DNA of 64,000 nucleotides from Anolis carolinensis (Eukaryota): NCBI RefSeq assembly GCF_035594765.1, contig NC_085842.1, positions 28,000,782 to 28,064,781 of the forward strand, read 5' to 3'. Shown piece by piece: positions 55,935 to 64,000 of this stretch (position 1 is its first letter; each line of letters starts with the position of its first letter). The notes under the pieces were generated by a model. It saw only the letters and a program-made list of their open reading frames with translations, ran no database searches and was not told where the DNA came from. The position numbers and the translations under genes were made by a program.

Positions 55935-57036
55935 GACTACTATGCTGCAAATATAAGACACAGTGACACAGAATCTGTATATTAAAATAATTAAAAGGAA
56001 TAAACTTATAATGTAAGGAATGAATAAACAACCATATATTGGGAGATTACAGCTGTTGTGTAGTGTCTCCATATTCTTTCTAGAATGCAGAAGTAGTCCC
56101 ATTGGCCATAAATGTAATTTAGAAGTACACATTATGCTGTTACCTTTATTTGGCCAACCAAATGCTGAAAAAACATAACATATCTTTCAAAGTAAGGGGA
56201 TTCTTTATGAGATGAATAAAAAGGAAAATGAAAGTGGAACTCAAGTCAAGCCATTTTCTGGGGTGTTTCTACACTGGGCATGGGCAAACTTTGGCCCTCC
56301 AGGTGTCTTTGACTTCAACTCCCACAATGCCTAACAGCTCGTAGGCTGTTAGGCATTGTGGGAGTTGAAGTCCAAAACACCTAGAGGGCCAAAGTTTGCC
56401 CATGCCTGGTCTACACTGTAGAATTAAAGTAGTATTACTTGTGAGATGTAGCTTCATAAGGTCTTCAGCCTTCTCTGCCAAAGAGTGTTGGTGCCTCACT
56501 CTAAACTACAACTCCCATGACTCTGCAGCATTGAGCCCCATTGCCGTGGCTCAGTGCTATGTACTTTGGTGAGGCACAAGTTCTCTTTGGCCTTGTAAAA
56601 CTGCCCATCCCAGGATTCCATAGCACTGAGCCATGGCAGTTAAAGAGGTGTACAATGGTGGATCCCAACTGCCAACCGCCAATTACATCACAATATAACT
56701 TCGCTGCCACCAATCAAATTGTATTAGTCTACGACCACATCATTCACTCTTCCCTGTCCCACTGGTCCACCGACCACTGGGGTCAGTTCACAGAGCCACT
56801 CAAAAATAAGGGAAACTCTGACTGAAAAGAGTGATGGCTATTATGCAGGCAGGCTCCCTTCCTATACAGATGCACAGGAAGACACACTGAATTCTTGTTG
56901 TTGGATGTTGTAGATGTAAATAAATAGAAGCTCTACCACGGCTTCTGAACCAAAATTTACCCTGCAGTGTAATAAAGTGCCACTCAGGTCTGTGAATTTT
57001 ACTTCAGTTCAATAGGTTGAACAGAGTAACAATATA

Positions 57037-57358
57037 CAGTAGAGTATCACTTATCCAACATAAACGGGCTGGCAGAACGTTGGATAAGCGAATATGTTGG
57101 ATAATAAGGAGAGATTAAGGAGAAGTCTATTAAACATCAAATTAGGTTATGATTTACAAATTAAGCACCAAAACATCATGCTATACAACAAATTTGACAG
57201 AAAAAGTAGTTCAATAGGCAGTAGTGCTATGTAGTAATTACTGTATTTACGAATTTAGCACCAAAATATCATAATGTATTGAAAACATTGACTACAAAAA
57301 TGCGTTGGATAATCCAGAAGGTTGGATAAGTGAATGTTGGATAAATCAGACACTACTG
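57037..57358. mobile_element. Tc1/mariner-type MITE
   Basis: Family TIRs. Confidence 0.8.
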
Positions 57359-57732
57359 TATTGTTGCTGTTAATATGTGAGGGGAAGTCATATGGAGGAG
57401 GGAGCAAGCTTGTTTTCTGCTGCCCTGGAGACTAGGACGCAGAACAATGGCTTCAAACTACAGCAGTGGTTCTCAGCCTGTGGGTGCTCAGATGTTTTTG
57501 GTCTTCAACTCCCAGAAAATCTAACAGCTGGTAAACTGGCTGAGATTTTGCCAAGCCAAGGTGGGTTCAGGGGTTTGGGGGGGGGGGGTCTCGGAATTTC
57601 TGAGGACCCACAGGTTGAGAACCACTGAACTACAGGAAAGGAGATTCCAGGTGAACATGAGGAAGAACTTCCTTACTATGAGAGCTGTTCAGCATTGAAC
57701 TCTCTGCCCCAGGAGTATGGTGGAGGCTCCTT

Positions 57733-57966
57733 TGCTGCTGCTCAGTCGTTTAGTTGTCTCCAACTCTTCGTGACCTCATGGACCAGTCCACACCAGAGCT
57801 CCCTGTCGGCCGTCACCACCCCCAGTTTCTTCAAGGTCAAGCCAGTCACTTCAAGGATACCATGCATCCATCTTGCCCTTGGTCGGCCTCTCTTCCTTTT
57901 TCCTTCCATTTTCCCCAGCATCGTGATCTTTTCCAAGCTTTCCTGTCTCCTCATGATGTGGCCTTC
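57733..57966 (-). mobile_element. RTE-BovB 3' end fragment
   Basis: GHIMRRQESLEKITMLGKMEGKRKRGRPRARW...HEVTKS. Confidence 0.85.
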
Positions 57967-58183
57967 TAACTGGCAGCAACTGGATAAAAACAATTATTCC
58001 TCTCCCTCTAATTAGGACTTTATTTTTCTTTTCTTTTTGTTGTATGAACGTAGAGGCATGGATGAGGGGTTGTGCTGCCAAATTTAGTGTTTCTGGGATG
58101 TGTAGTTTTGTTGTTTTGTCCTAGGCCGAAATTTCATTACCCTTTTATATATATAGAAGATATAGAAGATAGATGATCCACAC

Positions 58184-58878
58184 CAGGGGTCCCCAAACTA
58201 AGGCCCGGGGGCCGGATGCGGCCCTCCAAGGTCATTTACCTGGCCCCGCCCTCAGTTTTATAATATAATATTTTTATATCAGTTTTAATAATATAATATA
58301 TTGTATATACATATAATATTGATAATAATATTATGTTATACAATATAATACTAATAACAATACCATATAATAATATTAATTATATGTTATATATTACATA
58401 TTATATAATAGTATAGTGGTATAGTTCAATATATTAATATATAATGCTAATATTGTGCTATGCTAATAATATAATGTATTGTATGTACATACAGCTGCTC
58501 TGAGTCCCCTTCTGGGTGAGAAGGGTGGGATATAAATGCAGTAAATAAATAATTAATTTTAGACTTAGGCTCTGCCAAAGTCTGAAATGACTTGAAGGCA
58601 CACAACAACAACAATCCTAATTAACTTGACTATCTCATTGGCCAGTAGCAGGCCCACACTTTCCATTGAAATCCTGATAGGTTGATGTTGGTTACAATTG
58701 TTTTCATTTTTAAATATTGTATTGTTCTTTCGTTGTTGTTGTTGTTGCACTACAAATAAGACATGTGTAGTATGCATACGAATTTGTTCGGTTTTTTTTT
58801 TTCAAATGATAATTCGGCCCCTCCATAGTCTGAAGGATTGTAGACCGGCCCTTTGCTTTAAAAATTTGAGGACCCCTG
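58184..58878. mobile_element. hAT-Charlie-like non-autonomous element
   Basis: TIR CAGGGGTCCCCAAA...TTTGAGGACCCCTG; perfect 8-bp TSD ATCCACAC. Confidence 0.85.
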
Positions 58879-59256
58879 ATCCACACAGTCGAAGGCTCCT
58901 TGTTTGGAGGCTTTTAAGCAGAGACTGGATTGCCATTAGTCGGGGGTGCTTTGAATGCGATTTCCTGCTTCTTGCTAAGGTGTTGGACTGGTTGGCCCAC
59001 GAGGTTTCTTCCAACTCTTTTGATTCTATGAGTGGGGCTTGAATTTAGAAGTCCAAAACACCAAGGGCCAAAGTTTGCTATTGCCTATTGTAAAGGTTCA
59101 AAGGTGGCGAAGTTGCAGATCCGACTTAGAGGGCAGCGATGGGTCAGATTGAACCCCAAGCCAGCCCCCAAACCCCTGAACTCCCGCCCACCTTGGCTTG
59201 GAAAAGAGCAGAAAAGAAAGGGATTGCTTTTGTCTCAGGGCTGCCAGGAGGGAGAC

Positions 59257-59676
59257 ATGGCTGCTGCGGAGCCCAAGTCGGTGAAAGAGGCTCTGCAAGA
59301 GGAGCTGACTTGCTCCATCTGCCTGGAGGTCTTGGCCGACCCGGTGATGATCGTGGGCTGCGGGCACAACTTCTGCCGGCTCTGCCTGGGCCGGTATTGG
59401 GCGGGCGCCTTGCGGAACGTCTCCTGCCCGCAATGCCGGACCGCCTTCCCCAAGGCCAGGCTGGAGGAGAACCGGCAGCTGAGGAACGTGGCCGAGGTGG
59501 CCCGGAGGATGGCCTCGCTCAGGCCCAAGGAGGGGCCCCTCTGCGCCCTTCACCAGGAGCCCCTGAAGCTCTTCTGCCAGAACGAAGGAAGGCCCATCTG
59601 CGTGGTCTGCGACAAGAGGAAAGCCCACCGCGGGCACTGTGTCATCCCCCTCGAGGAAGCCCACCAGGCGCTCCAA
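59257..59676 (+). CDS. TRIM-family E3 ligase, first coding exon (RING C3HC4 + B-box2; TRIM39/27/7-like class); later exons not found in window
   Basis: LQEELTCSICLE...CGHNFCRLC...CPQCR; CALHQEPLKLFC...ICVVC...H..H; gacATGG; phase-0 donor CAA|gtaaga. Confidence 0.92.
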
Positions 59677-59961
59677 GTAAGAAGAGCAGGCATGGGCCAA
59701 CTTGGGCCCTCCAGGGGTTTTGGACTTCAACTCCCGTTAGGAATTGTGGGAGTTGAAGTCCAAAACCCCTGGAGGGCCCAAGTTGGCCCATACCTTCTTA
59801 TTTCCTTGTCTGCTTGTTTTGTGGAAACCAGAACTGGTGAGGAAGCTTCAGGACCCTTCCACACAGTCATATAGCCCGGAATATCAAGGCAGATTGAAGG
59901 GAACATAAGCGGCCTGGTTTAATTTGATTTCATCTTATTCATAGCAATGGTATTAATAATA

Positions 59962-60269
59962 CAGTAGAGTCTCACTTACCCAACGTTCTGGATTATCCAA
60001 CGCATTTTTGTAGTCAGTGTTTTCAATACATCGTGATAGTTTGGTGCTAAATTCGTAAATACAGTAATTACTACATAGCATTACTGCTCATTGAACTACT
60101 TTTTCTGTCAAATTTGTTGTATAACATGATGTTTTGGTGCTTAATTTGTAAAATCATAACCTAATTTGATGTTTAATAGGCTTTTCCTTAATCCCTCCTT
60201 ATTATCCAACATATTCGCTTATCCAACGTTCTGCCGGCCCGTTTATGTTGGATAAGTGAGACTCTACTG
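59962..60269. mobile_element. Tc1/mariner-type MITE
   Basis: Family TIRs. Confidence 0.8.
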
Positions 60270-60498
60270 TAGTTTCATTAAATAAATAAATAGCCTTCCA
60301 TTCGTGTTAGAAGGAAATCTGCCTTTGTTTTAGTATGAAGCCATGGGAAATGCCCACAGAAAAAGGCAATTAACATTCCATTACATTCCTTAGAGTTGTA
60401 AAAGTCCCTGGCTCAGGAAACTCACACCAGCAGGCAATATATTTTGGAGACAGCGGCCTTAGATGTAGGAGTCAGAGATGGCAGTTTGATGTACAGTA

Positions 60499-60825
60499 AA
60501 AGGTAAAGGTTTCCCCTGATGTTAAGTCCAGTCGTGACCGACTCTGGGGGTTGGTGCTCATCTCCATTTCTAAGCCGAAGAGCCGGCGTTGTCCAAAGAC
60601 ATCTCCAGGTCATGTGGCCGGCATGACTGCATGGAGCGTCGTTACCTTCCCGCCGGAGCGGTACCTATTCATCTACTCACATTCGCATGTTTTCGAACTG
60701 CTAGGTTGGCAGGAGCTGGGGCTAACAGCGGGCGCTCATTCCACTCCCGGGATTTGAACCTGGGACCTTTTGGTCCTCAAGTTCACCAGCTCAGCGCTTT
60801 AACACACTGTGCCACCAGAGGCCCC
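60499..60825 (-). mobile_element. Full-length Sauria SINE
   Basis: TSD TTGATGTACAGTA at 60486-60498 and 60826-60838; tRNA-like head, ACCTTT tail. Confidence 0.9.
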
Positions 60826-60833
60826 TTGATGTA

Positions 60834-61157
60834 CAGTACAGTATCGTTTATCCAACCTTTGCTTATCCAATGTTCTGTATTATCCAACATGGTCTGCCTT
60901 TTGTTTTTTAGTCAATGTTTTCAATACATTCAGATATTTTGGTGCTAAATTTGTAAATACAGTAATTACTGCATTACCTTACCATGTATTGAACTGCTTT
61001 TTCTGTCAATTTGTTGTAAAACATGATGTTTTTGTACTTTGTAAAATCACAATTTGATGTTTAATAGGCTTTTCCTTAATCCCTCCATATTATCCAACAT
61101 TTTTGCTTATCTAACATTCTGCCGGCCCGTTTATGTTGCATAAGCGCGACTCTACTG
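60834..61157. mobile_element. Tc1/mariner-type MITE (diverged)
   Basis: Family TIRs. Confidence 0.7.
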
Positions 61158-62017
61158 TAGTTTGGTTTTGATGGATGAACATTTATAAATAATAATAATA
61201 AAACTTTATTTATATACCACCCTATCTCCCAGATGGGACTCAGGGCGGTTTACAGTCATAAAAACAACACAAACATTACATAATAACATAATAACACATT
61301 ATTAAACAAAGTAAAATAATACAATTATAACAATAAATAACACTTACATGACCAGATCAAGGGGACGGGAACCATAAACCCAATATATTAAAATGTATCA
61401 TTTTAGGCTAGGGAAATCTTGTGCAATATATTCAGGCCCAGAAATCGGCGGTAGTCCAATGTAATTACTCAAAAACCTGCCGACACTGTTGCTGTTTGCT
61501 GTTTTGGTAAGCATCTGACCAAATAGTACCATGTGTAGGATGAAAAAAAAAGAAGGTATGGGAACAGAAGAATTTAGAAAGCGTGAAATATCTTTGGAAA
61601 TTCTATAAAAGCCAACCAAACTGTGTCCTTCCAGGCGGCCACCCACATATCCTCTATTTGCAAATAAAGGCTGTGTAATCTCCTCTGCCTCCCGGACAGC
61701 TCATTGGGAACCCAACTTCGGGAGGTTGCAATAAGTTGCTTTCTGAGAGAAAGGAGCATTACAACTGAGCCTTTTCAAGATAATTCACAATATCTGCTTT
61801 GAACTGGGTTATCTGAGTCCACAATTCAGTTCACTGTGGATTTTATACAGCTGTTTGGAAGGGGCCTCCGACACTTTTCCCCAATGATGATGATGATTAT
61901 TATGATAAAACTTTATTTATATACCACCTTATCTCCCCAAGAGGACTCAGGGAAGCAAAACATTCAATTGCCAATAGAAGACCGTGCAACAAGATAGACA
62001 TCATAAAAGAAAACATA

Positions 62018-62162
62018 GGTAAAAAGGTAAAGGTTTCCCCTGACGTTAAGTCCAGTCATGTCTGACTCTGGGGGTTGGTGCTCTCCTCCATTTCTAAGCC
62101 GAAGAGCCGGTGTTGTCCGTAGACACCTCCAAGGTCATGTGGCCAGCATGACTGCATGGAGC
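62018..62162 (-). mobile_element. Sauria SINE 3' fragment
   Basis: Family sequence. Confidence 0.8.
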
Positions 62163-62880
62163 AATACAATCCTGCTAAAATCATAAAAATTAAAGTCCAG
62201 ATTTAGTCTCTTCCATCAGATGGGTTCAAAGTTCAAAGCTAGAACTTCAGAGTGGACATGTCACATGGCCAACTATGAAGGGCTTTTTCATGAGTGGATT
62301 TCCCTTCCTATGGGCAGATTTCTCTCAAACCCCTTCTACACTGCCATGTAATCCAGATTATTAGAGCAGATCATTCACATTATCTGCTTTTAGCTGGGTT
62401 ATATGATCCTACACTGTCATATAATCCAAAGCAGATAATCTGGAGTTAATATAGCAATGTAGAAGGGGCCTCTCTTCCTGTTGTCCCAACCCCATTCTTA
62501 ACAATGAGTCATTTCTAAATTGGATGTTTGTCACTCAGGGACTGCCTGTAATAATCCAGTTCAAAGCAGATAATCTGGATTTTATATGGCAGTGTAGATG
62601 GGGGCCTAAAAAGGCCTATGCGATTCTAAGGCCCCTTTTACTTCTATATAAAATCCAGATTATCTGCTTTGAGCTGGATTATATGGCAGTGTAGACTCGT
62701 TTAATCCAGTTCAAAGCAGATCATATGGATTATCCGCTTTGATAATCTCCTTTATATGGCTGTGTGGAAGGGCCCTTAGTTGGAACAGGGACATTTTTGA
62801 AGTGTAACCCCAGACAAATATATATAAAGAGTTACATTTTAAGGTGGAACTCCAGGCAAACAAACATATATTATAGATAG

Positions 62881-63122
62881 ACTAGCTTTGCCCGGCCACG
62901 CATTGCTGTGGCTTATGGGAATCCTTTGTTGGCCAGGTGGAATAGCAGTGAATAGCCTTGCAGTCTCAAAGCCTGGCCGTTTTCTGTAGTAGCTGGAGCT
63001 TTTTGTTGTATGAACGTAGAGGCATGGATGAGGGGTTGTGCTGCCAAGTTTAGTGTTTCTAGGATGTGTAGTTTTGTTGTTTTGTCCTAGGCCGAAATTT
63101 CATTACCCTTTTATATATATAG
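62881..63122 (-). mobile_element. Non-autonomous Helitron-like element; partial copy at ~58035-58158
   Basis: Minus strand starts TCTATATATATAAAA and ends in GC-rich sequence plus CTAG. Confidence 0.55.
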
Positions 63123-63206
63123 ATAGACAGATAGATAGATTTGCTTGGAGTTACAATTTAAAATGTAACTCCAGGCAAGTTATACACACACACACACATT
63201 CATTCT

Positions 63207-63263
<57 letters not shown>

Positions 63264-64000
63264 CACTCAGATGGCACTGTCCTCATCCTGCAAAATAAAA
63301 AACGTGTGTGTGTGTGTATTTATATATTTGTAGTTCTGTAAAGCAAAGGGAAGGGTGATCACTCCTGTGTTGTTTGTCATCTATCTAAGTACCAACCAGG
63401 GCTGCTTCTGCTTAACTTCCAAGATCAGATGCATTCTGGATCAGTGAAAGCAGGCCTGCATGCCCTGTCACCCTCCAGGTGTTTTGGACTTCAGCTCCAA
63501 GAATCCCTTTCCATTGGACAAGTGGGCTTGGACTTCTGGGAGTTGGAGGCCCAAACAGGTGTGCAGGCCTGTTTTAGGATATTTAGGCAGTCTGCCTTTA
63601 AGACTTAGCAATGTTTATTTTAGTCTAGGGCCAGAATATTAGTCTACTTCTTCAGAAGTATCAATAAGACTGATATTGAAGCCTTAGGTTATCGAGCATA
63701 TTTAGAGATTTGTGGAAGGGAATAGAGGCTGGTTCTACACTTGCAGTTCAAACCACATGATATGGCAGTGTAGAACCAGCCAGAATGTAATAGGATCTCA
63801 AAAGGGACAAATTGTGACCTGTGACCTGAGCTGTAAAACTTCAAAGGTTGCATGTGATGATCTCGTGCTCTTTTAGATTTGGACTGTGGTCTGTTAGCAT
63901 TGATGTGTGAAAGCAAAAAATATCCTGGATAAAGCCAATTCCTTTAGAATTTGTAGAGAGAGGCCCCTTCGACATTGCCATATTAAATCCAGATTCTCTG

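Larger units (their letters stand above)
57375..59031 (+). mobile_element. CR1 LINE 3' end split by nested hAT MITE, BovB fragment, Helitron-like piece and hAT-Charlie element
   Basis: CR1 3' coding-like sequence at ~57375-57730 resumes at ~58890 and ends gattctatga. Confidence 0.6.

Noticed and set aside
59098-59756. Overlapping 205-210-aa ORFs at the TRIM exon
   Set aside because: Alternative-frame products of a GC-rich exon with no recognisable motifs
62330-62775. CRISPR-like or regulatory repeat array
   Set aside because: Cluster of palindromic MITEs in a eukaryotic genome, with no repeat-spacer periodicity

Overview
Vertebrate (squamate, most likely Anolis) genomic DNA, judged from Sauria SINEs, an Anolis-type tRNA SINE, RTE-BovB and Penelope elements. 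It is probably MHC-linked: the 5' end of CCHCR1 (minus strand) lies at the left and the RING+B-box exon of a TRIM gene at the right. Between them is a divergently arranged cluster of four intact, uncharacterised, apparently all-alpha-helical genes. Two are minus-strand 'A' paralogues (310-320 aa; coiled coil - hydrophobic hairpin - coiled coil; one coding intron). Two are plus-strand 'B' paralogues (~680 aa, single coding exon). A and B genes share a duplicated ~160-bp promoter block with a TATA box on opposite sides, which suggests an ancestral head-to-head A/B pair. The architecture recalls bipartite ClyA/YaxAB/Hbl-type alpha-pore-forming toxins; this is my inference and the best candidate for an undescribed system here. 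The window also has two complete, very young Tf1/sushi-group Ty3/gypsy elements and part of a third, all with self-priming rather than tRNA primer-binding sites. Other content: solo LTRs, Penelope hammerhead-like motifs, a truncated U6 retrocopy, a possible Polinton fragment, many MITEs/SINEs, and one assembly gap (39649-39776). All alignments were made by eye.
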